The notes under the pieces are model-generated. The model was not told the DNA's origin. It made no database searches and worked only from the letters and a program-made list of their open reading frames with translations. A DNA stretch of 64,000 nucleotides from a virus: the IMG/VR virus record IMGVR_UViG_3300044535_000472, positions 32,001-96,000 of that record; one strand, written 5' to 3'. Positions 9,101 to 20,400 of this stretch are shown piece by piece; positions within the stretch are counted from its first letter, which is position 1; every line of letters begins with the position of its first letter. A program made the position numbers and the translations under genes.

Positions 9101-11426
9101 CTAAGTAACGCAAATTACCATTAAGCCTATTGTAAGCATTAACTTCATTTACTGCATTAGTATATCCACCTTGTGATAAGTATTTCTTATTATATATATT
9201 TGTATCACCGTTCAGCTTCATAAGATGTTTCTTAAACTGAGCAGGTGTTAAATCATATATGTTTTTGTTATACTGTGGAGTCTCACTTGTAATGTCTGTA
9301 ACAGCATCATTGCTAAATGCAACTAGGTATTGACTATCCGAAAACATTGTATAGTCAAGTCCCTTATAGCCTCTATCTTTAAGAAAGTTAAAGAAGTTAT
9401 TTTGAATAGCTAATCCTTCTGGAGAATTATCAAGTATATTAAAATCAGTTCCAGTTTGTTTTGCAAACTCAGACCTAAGAGGTCTATATTCTTTACTATC
9501 TCCTTCTAAAAAACCTTTTGTATCTACATTTACTTGTCTTACGTTTTTACCGTAGTTCTTTGCCTCTGCTTTATCAACAGTAAAATAATTAATTTCTCTA
9601 TTATCTAGAGTATCGTATCCTTGATATACAGCTTTAATGTCATCATTTGTTTCTTCAGTTTCTTGTATGATATCATCTATAAAAGAAAAGTATCTAAAAC
9701 CAGGAGCATTAAATTTATAAATGTCTTTCTTAAATGGGGCAAAGTAAATTAAGTCCATGATATCTTTACCACGGCCCATATTTATTTTTGCTTCAAAGAT
9801 TTGTTTCCAATCTTTCCAGTAGTTATCAAATATCTCTGGATAGTTACCTTGTGCAGTTCTTAAAAAGAAATCTAGTACATATCTTTTAGGTCTTGTTTCA
9901 CCGGTTTCCTCATCAATTTCAAATGCTGTAGGATGTTCAATGTACCCAGTAATTGTAACACTTTCACCTTTTTTATGGTCACGTCCTATGAATGCAGTTT
10001 GGAATGTCCATGAAGGAAATACTTCTTTTAGATTTTTATACCAAGATTGACCTTCTAAAAATGGTATGATCTCTTTATTAAATTTATTACGACCTAAAGC
10101 TGAGCCAACACTTGATTTACGTTGCATGTAACTCAGACCTTTAGTTTGAATCCAATCTAAAAACTCCTGAGCATTTGCCTCTTTCATGAAATGTTCAAGT
10201 GTAATAACACCATCAATATCATGCAGGTCTTCACTAAAGCTTCTGTATGTAGCTCCATATCTTCTCAATACTTGAGAGCCAGATAGTTTATAAGCTTTAC
10301 CCTCAGGGTCTAATGAGTTAAATAGTTTTTGCAACACATCTGCTGCAAAAGGATCTGCAGATAATGTAGTGTAATAGTTTTTTTGCTCTAGTAGATTACC
10401 TTTTTTATCATAGAGCATCCCATCGCGGACCTCTATACCACGCATCCACTTTTTGAAATCCTTCTCATAGATATCATCTACTAAGTCAAAAAGTAAATCA
10501 TTAAGCTTTTCAGCATTGTACTTAGTAAAAGGTTTACCATGTATTGCTTTATGTACAAAGTTATATATGGCAGCTAAAGCTGTTTTAAGAACTGTTACTG
10601 CATATGGGCTTTTGAAACCTTTTTTCTCAAAGAAAGATTTATCAATATCTGGATTTTCAAAGTCTATCTTTTCACGTTGATCAGGTCTATAAGCAAGTAA
10701 GCCATCTGTAATAAACTCAATAATAACTTGTTTGTGAGCCCAAGCGTTTTTTGGCGCATCCTTGCTTTCTGAAAACTCATCAACAGTTTCTTCAATAACA
10801 TCTAAGTCAGCATTTTGTATACTTTTTGTTTTACTTAGTGCATCGTACTTATCGTATAACTCATCATACTTATTCCAAAGTTTAATGTTAAACCATAAGT
10901 CTTTTGAAATCTTAGATTTTCTACCTAAGAAAGAATATGCAATGTTAGCAGTTTGCTTAGCTAGTCCTCTATCGGAAAGATTTTTTGGTATTGCTAGGAG
11001 TTTTTGAAGCATATCAAATGCAGCAACGGGAGGACCTAATTCTCCTTTATCCCATCTTCCGGCAGAGTTCATTTGTTCTGCTAGGCCTGTCCACTCTTGA
11101 CTACCTTCTTCAATGATATCAATACGTAATGCTCTTATAAAGTCATATAGTGAATCTCTAAATTGCTTTTGTTGACCCTCAAATTTTTGGTAAGACTTAA
11201 GATTACCTTTAAAGTTTCTTACTTTAAACTTTTTAAGATCATAGCGTTTAGCTTCATAAAAATCTCTACGCTCTGGATAAGCTTCTTGTAAAGTATCTAA
11301 AATAGCAAAAGGGTCTATTAAAGAACCTTTATCTTCTGTAAGTAGTAAATAATTACTTACGTCGTAGTCCCCTAACAATCTTCTTGCTGCTTCTAATGAA
11401 GGATTAAAAACTTGACAACTAGCCAT
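3198..11426 (-). CDS. giant virion-ejected polyvalent protein (2742 aa): nucleotidyltransferase-like, ART-like and zincin (HEFAH) domains plus a helical C-terminal region
   Basis: Motifs LSGSQVL...HDID / RGKDIMDL; VYQG..NYFTVDKAEAKNYG..GYKGLDY..YLVAF; TLFHEFAHPF..SEEIIVH. Adjacent to the RNAP gene, as in crAss-like phages. Confidence 0.75.
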   Translation of the reverse strand: MASCQVFNPSLEAARRLLGDYDVSNYLLLTEDKGSLIDPFAILDTLQEAYPERRDFYEAKRYDLKKFKVRNFKGNLKSYQKFEGQQKQFRDSLYDFIRALRIDIIEEGSQEWTGLAEQMNSAGRWDKGELGPPVAAFDMLQKLLAIPKNLSDRGLAKQTANIAYSFLGRKSKISKDLWFNIKLWNKYDELYDKYDALSKTKSIQNADLDVIEETVDEFSESKDAPKNAWAHKQVIIEFITDGLLAYRPDQREKIDFENPDIDKSFFEKKGFKSPYAVTVLKTALAAIYNFVHKAIHGKPFTKYNAEKLNDLLFDLVDDIYEKDFKKWMRGIEVRDGMLYDKKGNLLEQKNYYTTLSADPFAADVLQKLFNSLDPEGKAYKLSGSQVLRRYGATYRSFSEDLHDIDGVITLEHFMKEANAQEFLDWIQTKGLSYMQRKSSVGSALGRNKFNKEIIPFLEGQSWYKNLKEVFPSWTFQTAFIGRDHKKGESVTITGYIEHPTAFEIDEETGETRPKRYVLDFFLRTAQGNYPEIFDNYWKDWKQIFEAKINMGRGKDIMDLIYFAPFKKDIYKFNAPGFRYFSFIDDIIQETEETNDDIKAVYQGYDTLDNREINYFTVDKAEAKNYGKNVRQVNVDTKGFLEGDSKEYRPLRSEFAKQTGTDFNILDNSPEGLAIQNNFFNFLKDRGYKGLDYTMFSDSQYLVAFSNDAVTDITSETPQYNKNIYDLTPAQFKKHLMKLNGDTNIYNKKYLSQGGYTNAVNEVNAYNRLNGNLRYLDVVKEENDLRNGPQKYYIKVFKTPLPIQPNSPNSQESGIDRAWFIREIEAIDDLLGLTRSEEDAAIDDLLTDTLTQEQAEHVQAMQVVKNLAASMNMTNVFGEPEVEFISVNDAIELTKNTKAPYNNEPAFVYNGKVYVVDGALSTKTLFHEFAHPFVKYLAKENPELFQKLAKKAWSELGKLGLQENFLKQYPELEGDPQGFSEEIIVHVLTMAGQAQLSNTPMPNSFSEMVSNILYQIKKFFRKLFGAGPKLSDLGVNTSFMDLANEMLSEKFNIDTSIATKESIEDNRVQYAKEINDFIKELDNAVDDETAKKTHAQLKKNIDAMYKLFSDQLRATTKDEYQELALLLTNDDSRDLAYITSTLSSYESNRVRHIKDLVEENRKLAIAFVNSLQQTYMIADKITNRIEEIKKLGVTPDSIYRVKNLTDYLDSYIDLATKVIKDLEDLGITEKSELYSLVSDIRNASERGKRSALYIYGENLTDTLWEFVEPTAKKIDERWLKRKAFLENSPLATRRLLAVEEAAYNSIKLTKETFEKMVMGDIVNNGFASQMNSLFESYLVNQDPVIGAFAKYLRTNYMEMESKIHMHKVMFSSQVIPALKKAGINARNLISKADTFLMEDSIAEKHPDGNLYEFKVLKFLDEFVGYEWWDAQETFRLEKARLKYYSTLNDDDKKEYNNIRQEYNKMRRLYFNNKYKPEYYERQELFERDDIGAEAKRRLDIVNEKLQMWKDMKRQGFEIKDETEVRKLALREKRFLYSLVDEFGNLKEGEDKLIAERLREYRDLSSSFYESKPRPGVFLKALADYEQQLLLRPSIGGDRTSEEFLNEREAWLAKNTRKVPKKEYYEIQAALYESIKQLEAKKDPKIAEATAKVIKDELAKRNVSQDIIDQIESVGDLYAIINDIASINRDESGVVAASEITEEGMELIKSLQEVIAYTKENSGKINNLTEEENDFLLDYVERFALANVGIGQMPSQDEQDRAAELFEKQSYNGLTKDENKALATAYKTLRSISDKEPTAYYLDIYNNYISLIDKQFMIDDIGVNHIDETNADSYFLLDDVVDEIKSQNAQFAIWFDKNHIRVKKYDGKGGWSDAWQRVQVWSYNVPSDNRLFESTEIPNATHETDEKGNIIKETLFAAPNLEYYTFDVKPEFLTEEILPNTYDADGNVIPPNKDNKGNWLPKRLTQGAPDGRFINSRYAELRRTDKAMFDALEKYKEFYVGIQEGKDRSTKMYLELPRYTTDIAEDIGDALRNTKKSVFGKSNLKKPKVFSRWYDDVVRFFKPQAGSFEEGDTNFEESYEVEALSFFAKQNSKIPIEGRSNIEFNNVSRNFVKSTMRYMASLEKHQKLVELSPMAKAMREFYYEKDSKTGERIYVKNKLDSAGEIVTSEQQKRKGRVDKTIGWFKDTPRYASLDYLVAREFEGQKYGKGAGAVGLNNFFGGLFKIASFGYFSLDPSSALVNYYDALMELKIEGWAFKYTNPVSLQAGKLFGVHAMSTVTAEIYKTGPKSLVGQLIEIFDPGQDYQKRALDDGLSRNLAGDVVRLNFLTNTRKWFEMLATMQTMGALMHYKKVPRTIGTKTKYINYLDAWEIGPDKVIKLKDGIDPKYGINGSEFLKMKSRMQTVTSNINGAFGEFDQPRAAQWALYRIVSFIQKHLTRMLINHYGIKGNLFKGEGSGRYDWGNDDIHMGFFSAVTNYITKSVRTYGSGLVSPSREEGVYIMKTVRWITMLMAIGYMKSVWLGYNPDDDEEEALEEQARKKRKEDLKAKLRLATTGDERAMISYLKKRKEQREKEEKGIVELPTPDTWKKLYRRSGPLPILGAEVEADLYGGNEKETARFNSQEWLKLQALYITTRVGHDQEDWLAMSGYGLGNLMSIFNLKTGAALNPTLNRSVELINYIAADINDDRAGIYQQDSGPYPWEKAGDPKWYATLAGFFGLSGQFINPAGRQKQMETERKKLTVRD

Positions 11427-11429
11427 CTT

Positions 11430-14400
11430 TTAACATTTATTGAGTTCTTGTACTTTATTTAAGATATCTTCACGAGTTACTCGTATAAATTTTTTAGGTG
11501 CTACAACTTCATAGTTCTTATTCTTGTACCCAAATTCTTCGTAAAGCCTCTTAGACAAATATACGAAAGTTTTAGGGGCTTTTGCCCTCTTTTGGTTTAC
11601 ATTTTCACCATTAACATCAGCACCGATCATGTATTGCCCATAACCAGCAGCATTCCAAAAGATTTTATTATCATAGTCTTTAGCTGCTTTCTTAAGAGCT
11701 TGAATACTGTTTTCAATAGCTTTGATGTTTTCATCATAATTGTTATCAGTCATTTGCTGACTCACAACATCTTGATAGCCAAGCTTACTAGTTAAACCAA
11801 ATGAGTTTGTATTTTCTTGAGAAAGTGCAAATACTGAATCATTTGTCTCTAAAGGCTTAGCTGTTGGATTAGATGCGCCATTATATACAAACAGGTAGTT
11901 TGATCTATCACTAAGTAATTTGTTTATGGCTTGTTTAATATCTACATCTTTTTCTGCTTTACCTACTATGAAACTTGGACTTTGGTAGTTATCTCTAAAT
12001 GTTTGTACTGCACCAAATGATCCAGTAAGATCTGCAGCAGGGTTTCTAGAAGCTTTCCATAAAGGTTGATCTAGCGTATAGTTTCTAACCTTGTATCTAC
12101 TAGACGTATTCTTATATGAGTTAACAGTACTAAACTTGTTAAAGTAGCTATTAATTAAATTCCAAGTCATTAACTTATTGGTTTCCATATAGTTAATCAT
12201 GCTTTCTAAGATTGGAGTTAATCTTGTATCAGGCATAATCTGCCCTATACCATACTCACCTTTTGAGTTAAATCCTGTAGTAAACATTGTATATATAGGT
12301 AGGTTAGTGAAGAACTTTGAAATCTCCTGGGCCTCGCTTGAGGTCATGTTAGCAGTTTCAATTAAGTTAAATGGATCTGTTAGCTCAACTAAATCCTCAT
12401 GGAACCTGTTTATTCTATCTGCATCTAGCTTACCTGACTTAAATTTAATAACACGCTCTTTAGTCTTTGCTTCATCAGCTGTTAAAAAGTCCAATACTTT
12501 ATACTTCTGTACAAGGTCTGGGTACTTTTCTTTGATATCAAGAAGTCTTTTTGCGTATGATTTAGTAGGGCTCTTTAAAATATAGTATTGGTTAAATGTA
12601 TTATCCAACGCCATATCTCTCAAAGTGTTTTCATAAGCAAATGTTGTTGCTTTATTTTCCAACTCGCTTTCTTCAATCTCCTCAAACTTAGCTGCTATAA
12701 AGTCTTTTTTATACTGAATGTAATCACTTCTCTTAATGATATCAGATACTGGTATAGCATTTCTTAAATATTCACGCTCCATTACATATCTACCATATTC
12801 ACGTATGTTTTGAAACATGCCAGATCTAATGATACCAAATTCAAATGGAAGTTCTGGATTAGTGATGTTAATATTTTCCTTACCGCTATTAGCTTGTAAG
12901 CTTTCAAACTCTTCTACCAATTTTTGTTTGTCAAAGTACATCATTGGTATAGTAGTCTTGTCTTTTAACTTAACGTTTTTAACAAATACCGATACAGGAG
13001 ACTTAGTTGTTGGCTTAAGTTTTACTGATTTAGACGCAACTTGCAAACTCTTATAGTACTTAATAGAGTCAAGATCCAAATTACGCATGTAGTTTTGGAA
13101 CATAAACATTACTAAGTCATTTCTAAAGTTAGAAATAAATGCGTCTTGCTCACCAAATGTATCTGAGACTGCACTTTTAAACTTCTTATCGCTTAGTTTT
13201 TTAAGTAAGAAGTCATTTACTAATTTAGAATCTCTAATGGTAAATAGGTTCTTATATATATCTGACATGAATTCAGCTATACCAAAACTTGATATAGATG
13301 ATTCATCTAAGATTTTACTAATAACATCTTCACCAAATCTATCATCTTCACGTAGTTGATCAGCCTGATGTTGTCTTAAGTTAGTTTCAAATAAACTTGA
13401 TGCAACCTGCGTATCTAAATTAGTAGTACGCTTTACTGCAGTAATTACTTTAGACATATCTTCTATATCTAGGAAGTGTAATAACAATGCTAGTTGGTCA
13501 GTGTTTTCAAAATCAAGCTCATCTTGCAAGTGATCTTCAAAGTATTGTTGATTAAATACCTTATCCTTCAATGATCCAGCAATATCTGAAGCTGCATTCT
13601 TAATTGATTTTGAATAAAGTACAGTTTCACCATCATCATTTGTATCAGTATAAGCTAGCATTTCTGGGAAGTTCATAAGAACTTTTCTACGTGCTTCACT
13701 TCTAAAGAAGTTAGGGTTTGATAATTCAATACCTAGAGGACCTGCATAAGCAGACTTAGCTTTCTTAACCTCGTTAATGTATTGACGAATAATAGGTTGT
13801 GATACAAAGTAAGCAGCTTGTCTAATAGGTACACCAGCTTGAACCATTAATAGTAATGCTGGAGCTACAAAGTTGTTACCTTGAATATCAAAGATCCACG
13901 GATCTTTAGCAATATCTACCCAACCATTGATAAGCTGAGAAATAACATCTGATACCTTGTTTACACCATCTGCATCATATAAGTTACTCAATGATATGGC
14001 AGCACCATCTGGAGTTAATAAAGTATTGTGAGGCAAATAAATAGTTTGCTCTTTTTTAATTGGGTCGCCTTTTTCATCTTCTCCAATTATATATTTAGGT
14101 TGAAGATACGCGCCAACGGTATTAAAGATTACGCTATAGGTATTGTCTACGGCACCTTGACCTAGAGTTCTCTTACCGATACTATTAGAACCATGCTTAT
14201 AGATGTTATATTCTATTTCAAATATTCTTGTACCCTTAATTTCTTTACCTCTTTCAGTAAATACATTTTGTAAAGAGTCATATGGTCTTACCTTAGAAGC
14301 AAGCTCTTGGGCAATTGGTAATACAATATCAGTTGCGTTAGGTGTAATAAGATCTACATAGTTACTCTCTAAAGAAAGTATATCCATAATGTCTGTGATA

Positions 14401-17400
14401 ACATCATTTTGGAAATCCTCTGCTATAGATACTGAGCCATCTTCATTTTTGGTAAGCTTATACATTAAAGTAGTAAGCTTATCAATGTCAAAGTCACCTC
14501 CTGACTTAGCTACAATCTCGGCAGGAAGTACAATTTGGTTACTACCTTCTGGTAAGAACTCATATACTTCCATAAACTCCATAGAGTTAAGACCTTGCAC
14601 AGGAATACGCACACCAGCTAAAGAAACAAGCTTGCGATTATTATCTTCATTTAACCAGCTTTCATCTTTAAGAAGTTGGTTAAGAGCTTGAAGACGAGTA
14701 AGTGACTGCCCTTTTCTTGCAGCATCCTCAATCATCTCAGTAACCTTTGGTAAGTCTAAAAGCTTTTTATATTCTCCTTGAATACCAATCTTAATTTTCA
14801 TGGCCATTGTCTTACCATCTTTTTTTCTATAGAATGGTAAGTCATTAGTACCTAATACTTCTAGACGCTCCTTAGAGTCTTTGTTAGCATTAAAGAAATC
14901 ACGGTTAGTATAACCAGCACCTGATACTTGAACAAGAGCCTCTCCCGTAACCTTTTGCTTAATAAGTTTCTTATTAATAATAGATACAAGAACCTTTTCA
15001 ATTTCAGCCGCTGCTAGAGATACGTCTAGAGAAGATTTTAATTTACCTTCTTTATTAAGCTTAACAAAATCTAAATGGTGTTCAGCAAGTTCTCGCTTAG
15101 TTAATTGACTTTCTATATAAGCAAATAACTTATCTAAAGGTCCTGTTGGTTTACCATTTTCATATGTCCAACCTATTTCATCTAATAACTCTTGTTTCTT
15201 TTGAGCCATAAGATTTTCAAGGTTACCTTGAAAACGTTTAATTAAACTATAGTTTTTAGATTCTCTACGCTTAGCTCTATCATCTCCAATTTTACTCCAG
15301 TTAGCAATCCTAACTTCTTTAGGCATATCTGGTTCAAAGTCTGTAGGTACACCATTCTCCATTAGTCCAGACTCAATAAGTTTACGTAATTGAGTAGGGA
15401 ATGTAGTTTTATTCTTATACTTAGGTGCAATCTCTAACTGCTTCTTGAAGTACTTTAAGAATATATCGTTAGGAGTAAACATGTATCCGTCTTCTGTAAA
15501 TGCCAACTCACGGTTAGTAGCATCTTCCGAATTTTTATAAAACTTATCTGGTTTACCATTAGGTGTAATAGTAGCAATCTTAGATCCTGATCCGAATAAA
15601 GCATAGTCGACCTTTTGCTCAACCATCTTATTATGAAGCTTTTCAAGATCGGAGCCTTCAATAGTAGATGGAATTAATGGTACCAATGAGAATTTATGGA
15701 ATGCTGTAAGTGGTAAACCATTTGTTGCAAGTGGTCCCCAGTATTGCATCTTAAGTACAGGGAAGAATTCTTTAATCTTAGTTTGATCAATATTCTTCTT
15801 AGCCAATACATCTCTATATAATAACTCTTGTGTATCTGACCATGCACCCATCATAATGCTAAGTGCCTTATAACCATCAAAAGTTATCCAGCCTTGAGCA
15901 TCCCCTTCTTTCATTTCACGGTATGGCTTAGCACGTTCTTTAACAATTTTTTCAACGTCCTCGTCTGTTAACTTACCATTTTTATAGCCAGGTGAATTTT
16001 TGATAGAAGTTCTAATGTCATCTTCAATGGCAGCGTAGTATAATGATTTTGTTTCAACATCTTCTAATACTGCACTTCTAAATTGTTCACCATAAGACTT
16101 CTCTACACTTTGACCTGTATACCAGCTACTTGAACGATAGCTAGCTTTATCAGGGGCAAATACAACATTATTTAAATAGCGTAACATTGCAGGGTCGGTT
16201 CTTGGAATAATACCACCGCTATTAATACCGGCGTTACGTTTTTGGAACTCCTCCTTAGCCATGTTATATAAAGCTGGATCACCATGATAAAGCAATACAG
16301 TTTCTACATTATGTATAAAGCTATTATAAACATGCGTTTTAATAGCAATATTTCTAGTTTGATTTCTAGTTAATTTTTTAGCTTTAGTATCATTACCAGC
16401 ATAGAGTTCTTGAATTTTATTGTGCATGGTATCATCCATGTATTCAGCTTCTACTAGCTTTTCAGTAAATTCATTTATCTTATTTGCAAAGTATACTTTT
16501 ATAACATCATCTGCTATTCTCTTTTTAAGATCGCTTGACTCTGGTAAATCTAAATAATCACGTAATCTACCACCATATTCAGCTGGGATACTCTTTAACT
16601 CTTCCTGTAACTCAGGTCTTATCATGTCTGAGAATATCACAAACTTTTCACCCTCTACACCATAAGTAGATTTACCTACTGGTATCATACGCTCTGGAGC
16701 ATTTGCAGGTAAAGCTTTTACCCTATTGATACGATCAAGCTCGGCCTCTAAATATCCCAGTAAGATATTAAATGCTGCAGCTTCACCATTAGTACCAAGA
16801 GCAAATTCTCTAGGGTTTACATAATACTTTCTATTAGATAAGTGATATACAAGTATTGTAGATTTATCTGCAGGAGTAGTTCCCATAGGTAAACCGTGGA
16901 TAACGCTTACGTGAAAGTCTGTAAGACGCTTTGTAAATTCATCTGAGTCTGATGCTGCAATACCATTACTTGGTTCACCATTAACTGTAAATGAAACACC
17001 AGCTAAGTTATTGATATCAATGGTAATCTTTTCATTAGATCCAACCTCTTCTTTAATACCACGCTTAGGCCCATTGGCCTTAGACATGTCAAACAACTCA
17101 TGAATTGTTACAAGACGTTTTCTTCTAGGATCTGGGTCATTACTTACAAAAGGATTGCGTAGTGCAGATAAGTGACTCATCTCAGGTTTTGCAATAAGAG
17201 TATTAAAATCAGGTGCCTCCTGTAATTCTCTAATCATTTGAGTAATGGTATTGTTTTCCATAAACTCATACTGCGCATCACCTGCTGCATTTAATACCAT
17301 GAAGTCTGAATAATCATCGGTATATGTAGCTTGAATCTTTTGCAAAGAGTTGTAGAATCCGCGTAAACCTTTTAGAACATCACCATCTTGTCTAACCTTT

Positions 17401-20400
17401 TTAGTAGGATTAATTAAATCATCAATTTTTCTTACTACAATTATACTCTTTGGCTTATTCTCAGCAATCATTTTATCATTATGAAGCTTAATAGCTTCAA
17501 TACGATCAAACATTACTTTAGCTGGATTTGGAATCATTTTATTTAATGCCGCAATAATCTTAGACTTATTGTCAAAGTATATTCCTACATCTTGTAAAAA
17601 TTTAAGTCTGTTAAGACTATTATACTGTGATGCATAGTCATTATATATAGCATCAATGTCTAGGAAGTTATTGCCATTAATATCAGGTTTGATATACTTA
17701 GTTGTAGTTGTTTTAAACCTGTCATTCCAGTCACGCCCTACCTTAGCATCTGCCGTTGAAGCACCCCCTACTTTAGCACTATACTCAAACTCGGTTTTAA
17801 TAATATTACCCTCTGCATCTCTTTCAAGAACATTAGTTGTTCTATCAATAACTAAAGCAACAAGTGGAACACGAGTTTTATTAAATGCATCATTAAATTG
17901 TGTCCATAAGTTTTGGGCATTAGCCGTCATTTGCGTATCAGGATTGCCAAGTTTAATTAGCAATTCTTGTATAAATGGATAGTCTTCTTTTGAATCCTGT
18001 AAACGACTATACATTTCTTGTGGACTATTAGCACCTTGTAGTATTCTAGTAATACGGTTCCAAGCAATACCAAAATCCATTAGTGTATTAAAGCCTAAGT
18101 TGTTTAGAGCTTTATCACCATTAGACTCTAAAGCATGTAAACTTTTAATTAAATAGATAACACTTTCATTAGCAAGATCTAATAATGAAGCTTCATTACC
18201 TCTTCTGTCATGACCATCTCTACTTTTGAATTCACCAGTGTCTTCAAATAATAGTACTGCTTTTTCCGATGCTGTAACAAAATCTGAGAAGCGAGATTTC
18301 TTATTGTAATACGCAATAATACCTTTATCACTTTCAGTATCCCAGTTATCTGTTGCCCATACTAAAGCATCTTGTTGATTTAAAAGTCTTTGCTTTTCAC
18401 TATCTGTTGTAGCATTTGCTATTTGAATATCTAGTGCTTCAATAGCTTCTTCTATTTTAGTCTTAGCATATTGTAATGCTGCTTCTCTACCTTTTGGTAT
18501 GGCTAGGAGAGCCGTTGTGTAATATGCTTTATCGCCGGAACCATCTTCGGTTACACCAATTCTTAGGTTAACAAAGTCAGATACTAATGAGTCTAAGGTA
18601 TCTACTATTTCCATAGAGTTACGCATAGTAAGCAATGGTGTGCTATAGTCTTCATTTATAGCCTCAGCACCCTTATTCATTACTTGCTGTCTAATCTCTG
18701 CAGGTAAGTTTTGCTCAGAGTAGCTATACTCAGTTAATCTTCCAAACTGTAGCTTATTATAAATATCATTAGCATAAGTCAACGCTTCTTGGTTTAAAAC
18801 CATGTCGTTGTAACTCTGTACTCCAAATAACTCAAGGAAGAAATCAAGAATTTTCCTAAAGATACTACGCTGTGTAACATCTTTAATTTCCATTTTACCA
18901 CCAGACAACATATAAGCTCTAAACTCTTCAGCTAGGAACTCTTCAAGTTCAAGGTCACTTGCTTTAGCAAAGTCTCTATATACACCTTTGTAAGTTCTGA
19001 AGTTACCGCTACGCTTTCTAGTTTTTTCATAAAGCTCTTGTCTTTGAGCATCAGTCATAAACATGCGGGTAAACCCGTGCCATGCTTCGTGGTATAAGTC
19101 TGAGTAATTAGCACCTTCAAAAAGTATAATAGCATTTTGATACCACTTTGCAACTGATGTTGGGTCATAAGTATTAACCTCATTCATTAAGTTTTCAAGT
19201 GGAAACTTATCTTTAAATATGCTATTATCAAACCACTTCTTAGCTTCTTCAAGCTTAGCTTTTAATTCATTTGGGCTAAGTTGTGCAATGTCAAAACGTA
19301 AACCAAATTGTCTAACAAAATCTCTAGCTTGTTTTTTATTTCTAGAAAGCCCTTGGAATTCGTCATCCTCAAGGCTATCATTCTTAACAATCTCATTTAT
19401 AACTTCCCAAGCTGATGGCTTAGGTGCTTCCTCAACTTTTTCTGCTGGAGCTTTTTTACCTTTTTCTTTAGCAGCTGGTTTAGTAGTAGCAGACTTCTTA
19501 CCCTTATTTGTTTTAGTAGGTGCAGCCGCTTTTTTTCTTTCGTAGTTTAAGATCTTTTCAAAGTTTTCATCACTAGGATCAAACTTAATATGACCGTTAA
19601 GCCCTACTATTTGATTGTCTTTATTAAGTGGTATATTAATAAAGAAGTTATCTTTAATGTAATCTACATAGTTAACTTCATTCTTTGTCTTAATCCACTC
19701 GCCGTCCTTTTCGTTAATGTTAAAGTTATCAAATAGACCATTAATATCACCAAGTACATCTGACTTAATGTGAAGACGTCTTTTATATACTTTAAAATAG
19801 CCAGTACCCTTATCTCTTTTTCTTGCTATAGGATCTTCAACTATAGTATTTTCATCTAGCTTATCTTCATAAGCTTTATCAATTTGTTTATTTATAACAG
19901 TTTTACCATCTAGAAATCCTGATTTTAATTCTTTTTCAGTAACCTCAGTTCCTGATACATAAAACTTTTCAAAAAGGTGTTTGTATATAGCATCTTCTGC
20001 CTCAGCTTCTTTTTGTGCGTCAATGCTTTTTCCAGACAATTTTAATACCCGACCAAGACCTTTAACATAGTTGAACTCAATACCTGATTCAGGTAAGTAT
20101 ATATATTCAGATAGGTATTTGTTTTTTTCATCTACCGTAAGCTCTCGCTTTTCACCTAAGTCGTTTATTTCAAATACAGGTCTGGCAATTAATCGAGCAA
20201 GCTTTCTAGCTATATCACTAGACATTCCTCTACTAATAATAGGAATAGCACCAGTTACACCATTAATATAAAATACCTGGTTAGTTTTAGTTTGACCAGA
20301 TGCTCTATAATTTTTTTCAGGTACGATAACTGGCTTAAATACTTGATTGATAAAGTTGACTTTACTAATTGGAGTAAGTAAGTTATAGTCAACATACATT

